Source: Octopus vulgaris (lineage: Eukaryota). From it: a stretch of DNA of 64,000 nt. The translations under genes were made by a program, and so were the position numbers. The notes beneath the pieces were generated by a model. That model was not told the DNA's origin. It saw only the letters and a program-made list of their open reading frames with translations, and searched no databases. Positions 41,019 to 55,172 of this stretch are shown one piece after another; positions within the stretch are counted from its first letter, which is position 1, and each line of letters starts with the position of its first letter. The stretch is taken from contig OX597830.1 in NCBI GenBank assembly GCA_951406725.2, positions 72,850,001 through 72,914,000 on the forward strand. The letters are read 5' to 3'.

Positions 41019-41727
41019 ATAACAAATATACCTTTTGAAAAGAATTCCTATCAACACAAGATCTTCACGTACATGTTGCATTGAAGCAGCTATTTTAAAC
41101 TGTTGGTGTATATTTATTTCTGTGTTGTTCTGATTTAAATGCTAGTTAGAACCATTCCATAGAAACATATCCTTATTCAGAAATGCCTAAATATTTAAAT
41201 TCGCAATATGCTATATTAGCGATCAAATCCAAGGATGGATTGGAATCTCCCCCGGCAGACATGTTAAACGAAATCTTTTTTTTTTTTTGCCGTTGTGGGT
41301 ACTTATGCTACCATAAATGTTACTTTTGCAACTAAGGGCTGTCCCGACAAAAGGTCCTAAACTGGCCATAAACTAGTTGCACAGATTTCGGAAATAGGTA
41401 ACACAAGCGTCAACATGAAGAACATCGTTGATTATGTCGTCCCCTTAGCAAGCAAGCCAACCACTGTTTAACGTTCCTTGCATTTTGCTGTGACTCCTCG
41501 AGCCGTTCTAATAAACCTGAAAGTGCTATCAGAAATAAAGCAATTACAAATTTAGCAGAATCATGTGGTCTTAGATTCTGCTCTCTTTTCCCTACAATAT
41601 ATCACTGCTAATCATAAATAACACCAACAGTGAAACGCCCAGCTTGTAGTTACGTGAAGTCTCCAAGTGAGAATTGGATCAGTTCGTTTAGAACAAAGAA
41701 ACAATAATGCTATCAATAATAATAATG

Positions 41728-41799
<72 letters not shown>

Positions 41800-41801
<2 letters not shown>

Positions 41802-42235
41802 TTCTACTATAGTTACAAGGCCTTAAATTTGCGTGGAGAGGTTAAGTCGATGACTTTGGCCCCAGTGCGCAGCTGGTGCTTATTTTATCGAATCCGAAAT
41901 GATGAAAAGCAAAGTCGACCTCCGTGGATTTTAAACTCAGAGCGTGAAGACAGACGAAATGCCGCCTTAGCAATGGGCACGATGTAATTGTTGTATCCCT
42001 ACCCTGCCACCGAAATTTCTGTTTAGTGTTTTAAAATTCTTAAAAGAGGTGAGCTGATAGAATCGCTAGCACACCAAACAAAGTTCTTAGCACCATTTTG
42101 TCCGTCTGTACGTTCTGAGTTCAAATTCCGTGGAGGTCCACTTTGCCTTGCATCCCTTCGGGGTTGATTAAATAAGAACCAGTTGAACACCGGGGTCGAT
42201 GAAATTACTGTCCATGCGCCAAAATTTTAAACCAT
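41800..42235. mobile_element. SINE-A copies, - (41800-41970) and + (42045-42235)
   Basis: Family core visible in both orientations. Confidence 0.78.
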
Positions 42236-44064
42236 TATTTTAAAATTCTTATATAAAATAATAAATGCATAAATGAATGTCTTTGTGTTTTGTTGAAAGG
42301 CTAACATATGTCTTCCCTGCTGCAGTAGTTTAAAGTTGTAGTTAGTTATTACTATTGTTGTTGCAATAATTAACAACAATGATATTGATAACGTCAAGCG
42401 TATTATAATCAAAATGCAAAATCAAAATATATTTGAATCGGAAATCACTCGGAGACAATAAACAGTATAGTCAAATTTCTGAAATCTCTTCTGATATCAG
42501 CAAGATAATGTTTCGAACTCCTTTGATGGGAGTCGGTATGTCTGAAGATATATAGTGCAGGATTACTATAGAGATCGTTCACCCTATTACACAGACCGTA
42601 AAGAGAGGGCGCCACCGCCGAGCAGTTTGATCTTGCCGAACTGAATCTGTGACCCGCTTGTAATGGGTTCACAATAACATCATTAATTTCCGCTTTCAAC
42701 ACACGCAAAAAGTATTTGGAATATGAGCAGCCCACTCACTACCGCTCCTATCGATGTTCAGCTTATGAATATCAACTTTATACCTCATGTTGCTGTTCTT
42801 GTTTTGTCTTTGTTAAACCCCGATAGAGCGAGCATTTCAGCCGTGACAATCCCGTCATTGACTCGCAGTGCGTAGTGCAACGAAGAATCATATTACCCAA
42901 AGTGTTGTCTCGTAAGACAGTAGTATGACATATTTTGAGTAAGATTTAGCTGTTTTTGTTCTTCTTTGCATGTTGAGCAATAGCATAGACGTTTCCTCCT
43001 GTGTGGGCAGTCACCCACCTTTGAAGATTACTCGATGACAAGGATATGAAATTTTGACAAACGTACGGCTATATGATAGAACTGTGTGTTTTTGTGAGTG
43101 TGTCTGCGTTCGTACGTGTGTGTACTTATATATTAAACACATAAATGTAGGTATTTGTATGTGCATTCATGCAATCGTGCATGTATACTTTGTCTGTGTT
43201 GTATCAGAGGTACTTACAAAGACAACGCGCGTGTTGTGTTTGTCAGTGCGTGTGTTACGATGTGATTGGCAGTGAAAAACAAAAATATGTCTGAGCCGAA
43301 TACAGAGACAATATGTCCAAACAAAATGTTAATTAAACAGGCCTGATTCAAAGAGAAGTTGACTGAAACAATTATATTCCTGTTTATAGTCACCATTTTG
43401 TTCTTTTTGCGAGTGAAATTTTATTCTTGAAGGAGGCACAGGTATAATAATTTGGTGGAGGGGAAAGTTAGTCGATTACATCAACCTTGGTACTAAATAG
43501 TTACATTTTTTTAACGATTACGGAGGAATGGAGTGCAAGGTTAATCTCGGCAGGATTTGAAATTACTGTGTAATGTGACCATAAACGATGTTGCAACGCG
43601 TTTAATCCGACGCTCTAAGGATTCTACAAGATCTATGTGTTTGTTACAGAATTATGAAAAATTACATTGCCAAAGAAGTGTAACTGGAGCTCGAGGCGAG
43701 AAGATGCTATTGCCTCTCCAAGAAGCATGATGTGAAGAGGTGCAAAATATGTTCTACTCTTATGCTTGTTAATAATAGCGGGAGAGGACCCTTAACAAAC
43801 CTGAACGAGGAAAGGAAATTTGGGGTCTATGTGTGTATATGTGTTCATGTATCTACCCTGTCTAAGTTTGTACGTTCAGATGTAGGCGGTGTGGAGAGCT
43901 TTGTCATGACACAGAACAAAAAGGTTAATTTAGCCATTCGATAAATTAATATCGCTAAAATTCTTCATAACTGATATATCTTCTAAACGATATGGAAGCC
44001 TAAATTTCCAGTAAGTCAACCCTGGAAAAGTAAAGAACAATATAAGATTTTCCACAAGTAGTAA

Positions 44065-44101
<37 letters not shown>

Positions 44102-44690
44102 CTCTCTCATCAGCTATTTTCCTGGGGGTTTTTTCTCTGTTATCCTATCTGTTGTTGAGAATTTTATCAGCCCTCTTCTCTTCTCTTCAAACTTGCTCTG
44201 TTTTCTTTCTTCTCTCTCGCACAACCACCTCAATCTCCCCCCTCTCACACACAGCTTCTTTCTTTCCTTGTCCTTCTCTCTCTACTTCTCTATTTCTCTT
44301 TCTCTCACTCTCCCTCTACTCCCTCTCTCTCTCTCTCTCTCTTCGACCTTTGTTCATTTTACTCTGTTTATCTTCTCTGTATCACTTTTATAAAATATTC
44401 ATAACCACCATCAACACCACCACCACCACAACCACCACCACTGCCTCCACAACCACCAACCTACTCCTCTACGCAATGTTGTAATTATATTATTTTCTAA
44501 TATTCTATCTTGTCCCCCAAAATTTAATTTCAGTATTTATTTATTACATGAGTTTATTAAATTTTTGTAGCGGGTGAGAGTTGGGCAGGCGTATGACGGG
44601 GAAAACAAAAGGTGACATCTTAATTTTGGCTTAACTACTACTACCACCACCACCATCACCACCACACCACCACCACCACCACCACCACTT

Positions 44691-44742
<52 letters not shown>

Positions 44743-45055
44743 AGCCACAGCTGCTGCTGCTGCTGCGGCCGCCGCTGCTGGTGGTGCTACAGCGTTCTTA
44801 TTTTCTCTTGTAGTCACTCTTGTTCTTGAAATTTCAGGAATCTCCTAATCGTTCTTATTGCTTATCTATACAGTTTCGTTTTGACTTTCAATCTTTTTCT
44901 TTTTTAAAAAATAGGACTTATTTTCTCCACTATCACCCATAATGTCCTCCTTACAATGATCATCATCATCACCATCATTATCATCCGGCACCACTTGTAT
45001 TCTCCTTATTCTTTATTTCCTAATTAGCACCGCCACTTCATGTATTATCACTAAA

Positions 45056-45448
45056 CTAACAGTATCGCCCAGCGTTGCTCGGGTTTGTTTCGACCCTTTA
45101 GAATTGGAATTTTTGAAAAGTAAAAATTTTGCATTATGTAGCTTGTTATTCTCTTTAAGTGAACATTTTTCTGGTTGAAATACACCGATAAATGGCGACA
45201 CAGCAGTAAAAAAAATCGTAAAAAATAGGGATTTTCATAGAAAAAGAAGCACCTTTTTGATGTAAATAATTTTTGATGTTAACATGGTCCGATTTCAATT
45301 TTTTTCTTCTATGAAAGGAAGAGCAAGCCTTCTTATATCATACTCTCAATTTTGGTCAACTTACGACGCAGGCTCTTGGAGGAGATAGTGTTAGTTGAAG
45401 GCTACCAAACCTGCCATATACAGACAACTTCAGCTTTATATAGAGAGA
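45056..45448 (-). mobile_element. Non-autonomous Helitron
   Basis: Same terminus as 5869 (ACTAACAGTATCGCCCAGCGTTGCTCGGGTTTGT on +). Other end CAACTTCAGCTTTATATAGAGAGAT gives 5'-TC on -; A|T target. Confidence 0.82.
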
Positions 45449-45574
45449 TGTAATATTATCTTCACTTTATAGTTTTTCGTTCTTTTTATAAATTTATATT
45501 CAGGAATTCTACGCATCTAAATCAGCGTTATAAACGAATTCAACTGTATGGCACTTGATGAAGGCGCTACTTTG

Positions 45575-46304
45575 TGACATCTTGCGCAAATGTCCTTGAG
45601 CAGACCAAAGCCTTGATAGTGGATTTGTTAGACGGAAACTAAAGGAAACCTGTCGTATTTCCTTGTACATATCTGTGTGTCTTTATGTCTGTTTCTTCCC
45701 TACATTGGCTTGACAACTGGTGTTGCTTTGTTTATGGCCCTTTAACTTAGCGGTTCGGCAAAAGTAACTGATAGAATAAGTATTAGGTATGAAAGATAAA
45801 ACGAAATGTACTGGGGTCTGTCTGGTGCCCCAGCATGGCTTCAATCAAATGACTAAAACAATTTAAAGATATAAGATAAAGATAACCCTTTTCTGCTATA
45901 AGTACAAGCTGGAGTGACTGTGTGGTAAGTGGCTGGCTTACTAGCCACATGGTTCCGAGTACAGTCCCACTGCGTGGCACCATGGGCAACTATCTTCTAA
46001 AGCATTTTGAGTGGATTTGGTAGAGGGAAACTGAAAGAAGCCCGTCGTATATATGTATATATAAGTATATATACATGCGGGTATGTGTATCTAAGTGTAT
46101 GTTTGTGCCTCTATTTGTCCCCCCCCCCCACCATCACTTGACAACAGATGGTAGTGTGTTTACGTCCCCGTAACATAGCGGTTCAGCAAAAGAGACTGAT
46201 GGGATAAGTACTAGGCTTACAAAGAATAAGTCCTGGGGTCGATTTATTCGATTAAAGGCAGTGCTCCAGTATGGACGCAGTCGAATGACGGAAACAAGTA
46301 AAAG

Positions 46305-46305
<1 letters not shown>
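45575..46305 (+). mobile_element. Two tandem SINE-B copies (older 45575-45880, younger 45911-46305)
   Basis: Both colinear with 60870-61297. Confidence 0.85.
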
Positions 46306-46358
<53 letters not shown>

Positions 46359-47154
46359 TGCATATATATGTATTAGGGATCACTGAGTGGATCCCTTGTG
46401 TGCTAAAAATAGACGTCAAACTATCTTACCACAAAATTTGTGTTCTTAAATTAGCAAGACGCTAGATGTTTAGGAGCTAGACAAATGAAAACAAAAAAAT
46501 ATAGCACTTAATTCTTTCGACATGAACAATTCTATAATTATCTGTGTCTGACACAACAATGGAACTGGACACCACCCGTCTCCGTGAGAGGATACGAATG
46601 TATAGAGTTCCTGTATTATGCATTTTAACTTCGATTCAAACGCCCTCGTACTAGCGTGCTAAGCCAGAAAATAACTGCAATGAATGATATTCAGCAGTGA
46701 ATCAACTGGCTAGAGAACACAGATATTTGAAATTAGACAATAAGAGTAGAAATTAATATTAATAAATATTATTATTAACTAATATCAATTTCCAGCAGTG
46801 GTCAGCATGCTTAAGGAACGTCCGAGGATCGTGAATTCTATTTAAATATAAACAATATGAGAGACCACTATGTGGATTCCTTGTCTGTTAAAAATAGACC
46901 TGAAACGGTCTTACCAAGAAATCTATGTTCTCAAATAGCAAATGCTAATATGTATGTATGTATGTTTTATGTACATGTACACGCAGTTTTCTATGTGGGT
47001 TACTGTATGTTTCTGTAAAACTGGGGACTTCGTACAAGTAGTAGGAAATCTTGCTAATTCAGATTAAATAAAGTTATTCCACTTTCCCTACTAGTATCTA
47101 GTGCTTTTCGCCGTTACTTTTTATCCTCCCCACATACAACCTGCTTGCATGGAT

Positions 47155-47215
<61 letters not shown>

Positions 47216-48499
47216 TGTATTGAGAGAGAAAATTATAGATTGAGATAGAAAGATAGAGTAAGGAAAATGAAACCACAAAAGAGGGAGTGAGACGAAGTAT
47301 TATTGTTAGGTACCATTGAATCTCTACAAATTGCTGATCGAATACATATATATCTCAAGAAACCAGTTGGACATTTATTTGATTAAGAAGGGAGAGTTTT
47401 CGCTTTTTGCATTTTATCTCGTATATGTTAGACGAGAAATGCCATTTTAAACCAAGTTACACGGAATATTGACACCGAGAGAGATTGTTCTAAATGATTC
47501 ATGCTAGGTAAATTTCCCTTTAAAAGAATCCTACTTTTCTGGGTCATAAATTAATAGGCTCTTTTTATGAAAGGTTAATTAACTGGCTTAACCTCAATCA
47601 CTAGATTCGGATCGAATTCCACTGGCTTGTGAAACCGAATCCGAGGTATTGTATAACCTGATTTTATACTTTATTTTGAGAAAAACTAGCGGGGTGTGTT
47701 TGGCATGGTTTCAACATTCACTAGTTTGTGGTGAAATATAATAGAACGGCATGCGTGGTTTTTCTGTTATAATCTTGTTTCAAGATCTGATTTCGTTTTC
47801 AGGGCAGTGCTTAGAAATTATTTGATCGAATCCGACAACATGAAAAGTTGAAATTGATTCTTTCGAGTTTTAGAGGGGAAAGCAACAACAACAACAACCA
47901 CTACAACAACAAATCCACATTGCACATCAGTAAAATACTGTAAGAATGTGTTATTTCTTCTTGCAAAATATAATAGAGGTGGAGGATGCTTTCTTATGCT
48001 ATGTTATTGTAGAATAACCTCACCGTGTAGTACTAAATAAGTGGGGATTTCTTTTTGTGGAGATAATAAATAACAGTTGAAATTACAGAGATAACTATTA
48101 CAGAGACCACCTAATCTAGAAAAGTAGACTGACAGTCATTCTGCAGTAAAACCATTTAGTTAGACACTCGGTAAGCGATTGTTATGCGTTTCGATCCTCG
48201 TCAGTGCGCCAGTCCTAATCTGGTAATTATATCTCCTAATGTGTTAGACTAATTGTAAAATGGCTGAATTGATATTCACAAATATTTATTTTTGATTTGA
48301 AATGTTCTTAGAAATCCCAATATACTACTGTTCGCTCAAAAGAAGGGAAATACATAAACGGTATGCATTTCCCAAGTTATTGAAGATGTAGTTTACTGTA
48401 GTGTGAAATATTCGATTTCGTGAAACTGTTCGCCTTGCTATGAATGAGGACGTACGATGAGAGCAGACTGATATATACATACATATATGTAACTACACG

Positions 48500-48665
48500 T
48501 GGGCCGTCGTCGATTTTCCTTCTTCTTTGGACTTTTCCCTCTCTCCCCTTCGACGAGGAGCTATGCTCGAAACGTGAAGAAAATATTTTCGTCTCATCAG
48601 GCGTCCGTTCTATTTTTTTACCTTTCGTTTTTTATTCTTTTCTTGAATCGTTGGCTCACTGAATT

Positions 48666-48670
<5 letters not shown>
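48500..48670 (+). mobile_element. Family H1 copy with degenerate hammerhead
   Basis: TCGACGA-G-GAGCtatGCTC-GAAAC-GTG at 48550-48576: perfect stem II, mutated core and cut site; (TA)n follows. Confidence 0.6.
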
Positions 48671-48730
<60 letters not shown>

Positions 48731-48951
48731 CAAACTCAGGAAAATGATTCCGTCAAAGGGGTGTGTGAGACATCCAATTCACTGGTACGTCAGTGGAATA
48801 CCATATAAATGTGGGTATAGTGCAAATTGCAAACATAAAATTTAATAAAGAGATACAATTGACAATCCAATACTTAAATATATATTATAATATAACATAA
48901 TATAACATAAGATAACATAAGATACCATAAACAGTTATTAAAGCATGAAAA

Positions 48952-49041
48952 GGCCAACAATTTGTTTCGACTTATTTTTTATATATAAATTTCTACAATT
49001 TTTCATTTATAAACAATTCCCTAATAAGCCTCATCAGAACC
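48952..49041 (-). ncRNA. Type-I hammerhead motif with long stem II insertion
   Basis: Minus: GGTT-CTGATGA-GGCTTATT..(AT-rich loop)..AATAAGTC-GAAAC-AAATT-GTT-GGCC. All three stems can form. Confidence 0.72.
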
Positions 49042-49089
49042 AGAGTTTAAAGATAGACGAAATTCCGTGTGAAAGGACGGCTGGAGTTT

Positions 49090-49240
49090 CGTTCTCTTTC
49101 CATTTTTTTCTTCTTAATCTTTTCCGTCGAAGAGCGTAAAAAGACTTTTCCATTTTTTCCGAGCGTCAAGTTAAAGTAATACACCTGCTAGCTGTTCCTT
49201 CACCTGTCTTCGTCTTTTGTTTTCTGTGAATTTGAATGAT
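49090..49240 (+). mobile_element. Family H1 copy with the GAAA core deleted
   Basis: TTCCGTCGAAGAGCGTAAAAAGAC versus intact CTGTCGAAGA.CGTAGGCTCGAAACGTAAAAGAC; the deletion lies between two CGTA. Confidence 0.7.
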
Positions 49241-49292
49241 GTACTTATGGTGTGTGTAAGGTATGTGTATGTGATGTGTGTGTGTGAATCTG

Positions 49293-49324
<32 letters not shown>

Positions 49325-49979
49325 CATGTATGCATGTATGCATGTATGTATGTATGTATGTAGGTGTGTATGTATGTATGCATGTATGTATGTATGTTTG
49401 TATGTATGCATGCATGTATGTGTGTGTGTATGTATGTATGTATGTATGTATGCATGTATGCATTTATGTATGTATGTATGTATGTGTGCATGTATGTATG
49501 TATGTATGTATGTATGTATGTGTGTAAGTATGCATGTATGTATGTATGATCCTTGAATCGACCGGTTTGGGTGGACTGAAACTGAACAGAAAGATGTCGG
49601 GTGGATTGTAACTGTAAATCAAAAGGAGACAAATCTATTGATCGAATAAGTGAATCTTCATTACTGAAGGACGGAGATCCACCCAAATACATAGACACAT
49701 ACATAGAAACATACATATATACATAGATATATCGATGCATACATACACATATATGTTTATATGTGTGTGCTTCTATATGTGTGCTTGTGTGTGGATATAT
49801 ATGTATGTATGTATGGGTGTATTGTACGCACGTACGCATGTATGTATGTAATGTATACATGTATAAACCCAACCCATCGGTTTCGATTGTTCACTCGCGT
49901 GCCTACATATCACTGAATTATTGCGTGATCGAGTGCGCGTTATACTGAGTTTAAGGGTATTTACCGACATAGTATATAT

Positions 49980-50209
49980 TTCTTTTTACTACCCACAAGG
50001 GGCTAAACACAGAGGGGACAAACAAGGACTGACAAACGGATTAAGTCGATTACATCGACCCCAGTACGTAACTGGTACTTAATTTATCGACCCCGAAAGG
50101 ATGAAAGGCAAAGTCGACCTCGGCGGAATTTGAACCCAGAACGTAACGGCAGACGAAATACGGCTACGCATTTCGCCCGGCGTGCTAACGTTTCTGCCAG
50201 TTCGCCGCG
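49980..50209 (-). mobile_element. SINE family A, young full-length copy
   Basis: TSD TAGTATATAT at 49970-49979 and 50211-50220. Confidence 0.92.
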
Positions 50210-50212
50210 TTA

Positions 50213-50359
<147 letters not shown>

Positions 50360-52130
50360 GACGAACTTTTATTTCTAATGGTTTAGTAAACTTTCTGCAG
50401 TAATGCCGAATGAATTTGAAAGTTAAATGGTGTCTATTATAAATATGGTTTATTGATATAAGTTGTTACTGGTCCAATCAAATGAACATATGCACTGCTT
50501 TAAAATCAATTAATGATTTTAATGCGTCTCATTTTATGTTTTACAATCGTAAAATATGAATTTATGGATTTCAGCTGATATGCGTTTGCACACTTTGGAT
50601 TGTGCTTTATTTTCTTTATTTTGCGAGATTTGCTCAGACATTCAAACTAAACATGAAGCCATATTATGGTCACTGTCTCTTAAAGCACACCATACTTTCT
50701 TTAAAGAATAGCTCGCTGAACATGTACTACGAGTTACACTCTTTTTGAAACAGAAGTTCATTTGTTCGAACGTGTTCGTCGTGGTTTCAATAGCTTTGAT
50801 CTTAGACTTAACACGTTGCCTCCCACACGTGAGTTGTGGTGGTATGTTAGCGATTCCTGCACGACCCACCAGCAGGTCGTTTTTTATTTTTTCCCCTTAG
50901 CGCTCTCTGAGAAATGGTATGCTCCAGTTTCTTTCATTTGTGTTTTTGCTATACTCAGAGAACAATATTTTATAGATTATATATATTTTTTCGTTGTTCT
51001 TTTGATTTCACCATTTAATGAGGTAAAATAAAAGATTGAGTATCGAGAAAATTTTATTTGCCAATGAAACAAGAAGAGCAAGTTCTTTTAGAAAAAAAAA
51101 GTGATAGATATTCCAATGGAAACAGAGCGGAATGAAAAAATAAACAGCGAGAGAATAAAACAAATTAGAAACCAAAATATTTCGTTTTGAAAAAATTTCG
51201 AGATATTCCAATAGAAAATACCAAGAGGTTTTACTTGACTACGGGTGGGTCGTGCGGTATCCAGGATGTGATATGAATTAGGGCATCACAAGACCCGCCA
51301 GTGGGACGTGGATATCTAACACTACTTGTGTGATCCGTGCCTCACATATGGTATAGTGTAAAGTTTTTAACGCTGCTCGTATCAAAATTATCATACTGGG
51401 ACCCTGGGATAAAACGTAAAAACGTAAAAATGCCGCTCGAGAGCCAACGTGTTAACGAGATTTAAACTGGTACTAAACAGTAATGCTTATTCACAAGGAA
51501 ATATTTGCAATCGTTCTCTATTTTGTGTTTATCTTGTATATTATGTCACTTTATTAATGTAGCTAGCTGTTTATTTTTCTTATGACAATCGTCTGTGAAT
51601 AAATATACGAAACTTAATATATGGAGTTATCGTTCGTTACTCAGCTTAACACTTATATTTAAGGGTATTTACGTATGTTTCTATTCTTATTGTCACTTCT
51701 ACTCCTTTCGAATGTGGTATTGTTTTGATTTTTAGCCAGTTGGAGGATAACTGGAAAGTAGCTATCACCTTTCCAGTTCTACCGTGATTAGTGAGTTACA
51801 TGCGGTGAATGTACAGCCTTCACGCATGTACAGTAATCTCGATGGAGAACTAATGCGAGTGAGAAGAGAACCGGAGGAACAAGCTTCATATGCCTGAAAC
51901 AGAGCTAACTCTTCTAAAGGCAACCAACGTGTACCTGGTGGCTTTCCATCGCGTGACAACTTACTCTTAGAAGTAAAAGTTCTTTCTTACATGAACTTCG
52001 CACACAGGGGGACGTTCAATTCCATTTCGCATCTCATTGGACCTATTTCTTGTGATACAGTTACAGCAGCTGACAACATCAATCTTTAATTCATCTTGAA
52101 TGATGTATATTTCTTTTTGTTTTTTACGAA

Positions 52131-52181
<51 letters not shown>

Positions 52182-52599
52182 CATTCTTCGTAAAAAGTAT
52201 TCTACCTATTATATACATTAATATTATTTTTGTAATTTACTTAATCTTTACTTTTTATTGTCATTTCAATTTTAACTTTTCTATTATATGTAATTTTCTA
52301 GATGGTGTAATTTAATTATTCATTTTGAATTCATAAAAGGTGGTTTCTTTCTAATATTTTATATATATATTATATTGTGCGAATTTGATTTAGTATTTCT
52401 AAATTGAATTCTTTTTTCTTGTAAGTTTCGGATATTATTCCGTCAAATAATAATTATTATATATATGTAGGTTTCGCAAAGGTCTTTGTACCACTTCAAA
52501 TAAAACTTAACGCTTTCAAGCTAATGGTGATTTAATATTACTTTTGCAGTCATTATTACTATATTTGTTTTGCTCCTGGTTGCATTTATTGATCAGAAC

Positions 52600-52950
52600 T
52601 ATGTTCAGGAGTCTTCCAGCTGTGATCAAGCTGTTGCATTTTTTTTTTACCCCAGAACTTTGTTTCGGAAACTACGTAATGGAATATACTTTTCTTTCTC
52701 TGAACCACTAGAATACAAATTGAGAGTAACTTAGCTGCAACCCTAAGGAAGACAAATAACCAATTTATGTGCTTGTTAGTTAATGAGGGCATTGAAATGA
52801 AAGGGTTACAAAAGGAATTTCAGGCCAACTTTTACAGGAAGTATACGTTTGGCGTTATCGGATGTGGCTCCTACTGAGTAAATAGACAGTAGTTAGTTAC
52901 TCAGGAGGAAGTACCAAAGGAACCTGGGTATTTTAACTACACCAGTTTGA
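52600..52950 (+). mobile_element. Possible very decayed piggyBac transposase remnant
   Basis: Scattered peptides ..FF..NFVSETT.., ..EMKG.., FG/YRMWLL resemble piggyBac ETN.YA, EMK.F, FGIK.W. Many stops and shifts; weak. Confidence 0.2.
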
Positions 52951-54220
52951 GGAACATATTCATGAATATTAGGTTTTTTCTTCTTTTTTTTAGGTTTCCA
53001 TTATATAGTCTCATATAATCGTGGAGCAAGAAGATAGGCCAATGATTAATAATCGTTCTAGCCATGATAACCCGTCTTTCTCTCGAGTATATCTTAGGTT
53101 ATCTCGGATTAAATTTCATTATGTACCAGTCTTTGTTTAAGTTAATGGGCTTCAAATTGTGGAACATTTATCTACTATTCTTAAATGGAATAAGCGAATA
53201 CATAAGGGCACCATGTTTTATTCCAGATAACGACGGATTATGTAAAATAGAGAACACAAGACATATTTGTTTGTTGGAGGGGGCTTGCTTGTAGCACTCT
53301 TGATCTGAAATCAAGCCATTGCTATAAAGTTATTTTGATCTGAGATAAATTTTGGAAAAATATTTCATGCCGCTCTAAGATCATTTTGAGATCTGCCGTG
53401 AACCACACTTGTGCATTCGTTCTGGCAATGTCGATTTGACAGAGGAAGTTAGCTTATGTGCAACTCAAACATTTCTATCACTATAAACAAATTACGTGAG
53501 TGGTTGTTCAAGAAATAGCGGAAACCTAAACTGAGGCTTAAGGACGTGAGAGTCCGTAACATATTTATAAGTTCCGTTCATTACGAACTTCCTAGTAAAT
53601 CTTACACTGTTCTCAGTATTGAGCCACCCTGCCAGTAAATGTTTCATTGTTTGTTTAGAGCTTGCTTTAGAATAATAAATTCAAATGAACATTTATGTTA
53701 AAAAAATATTGGCCAAGGGGAATAACTCGATACATATACACACGCACACATGGATACACTCTAAGTGCCGAACCATGCATAACCAATACATAAATCAACA
53801 TTATTTTGCCATCTCTGACAAATAAAGGGCAATTTAATTTAGCATGTTTGTATCGAATAATATTTAAAGATAATTACTGTCTTTACGACAGCCCTGATAA
53901 GAATACTAACCATATATAGAACTTCTTCGTGATTATGACATATCTTAAGATATATATTATTTTTTTAAATTGTCATATTTTTTTACGTTTCTGTTATTCC
54001 CTTTCTGGTTTTCTTGTTGGCTCTCCTGTTCAATGGACTAGTAAGAACAATCAGTCCCAACCCATCACAAGAACACTATAAGACGAACAATAAAAACGGC
54101 AGTCTTATCATCTCGACTGGAAGAAAATGGGATTTTATCAATACTGCCATAAAAGTGTACAGAGTATCCGAGAAGTATTGTTACAAACAAATAAACAGAT
54201 AAATAAACAAATAAACAAAA

Positions 54221-54509
<289 letters not shown>

Positions 54510-54816
54510 GCGAATGAGATGAGAAAGACGTGAAATGATTGGGCATGGAACGGTAAACTGTAATTAGTATTTATTGCAAATAACAATTATCTGAGAAAGA
54601 AATAATTTTCTAACTGAATTCATTCAATTCCGAAGCTGCTCTGGATTTTGTTGGACATTAATGAGTAAGGGTTAGCAGGAGAGCAGTAAGAGGTGGAGCG
54701 AAGCAGTAAACCAATTAATGAGAGAGGTGGGGAAACAGACGAGATATAAAGAGAGGACTGGATGAACGAAGGGGAAGCAAATTCTGATCTCTAAAAAAAA
54801 AAAAAAAAAACCAATG

Positions 54817-54848
<32 letters not shown>

Positions 54849-54850
54849 TT

Positions 54851-55172
54851 AGAAGGAGGAGGAGAAGAAGAAGAAGAAGAAGAAGAAGAAGAAGAAGAAG
54901 AAGAAGAAGAAGAAGAAGAAGAAGAAGAAGAAGGAGGAGGAGGAGAAAAAGAAGAAGGTGAAGGTAAAGAAGAAGAAGAAGAAAAAGAAGAAGAAGGTGA
55001 AGGTAAAGAAGAAGAAGAAGAAGAAGGTAAAGAAGAAGAAGAAGAAGAAGAAGAAGAAGAAGAAGAAGAAGAAGAAGAAGAAGAAGAAGAAGAAGAAGAA
55101 GAAGAAGAAGAAGAAGAAGGAGAAGAAGAAGAAGAAGAAGAAGAAGAAGAAGAAGAAGAAGAAGAAGAAGAA
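54851..55172. repeat. Long (GAA)n tract
   Basis: Direct inspection. Confidence 0.95.

Noticed and set aside
48181-48210. Hammerhead-like CTGACGA-GGATC-GAAAC on -
   Set aside because: Core words are present, but there is no stem I pairing and no UH cut site. Could be a decayed copy; not supportable.
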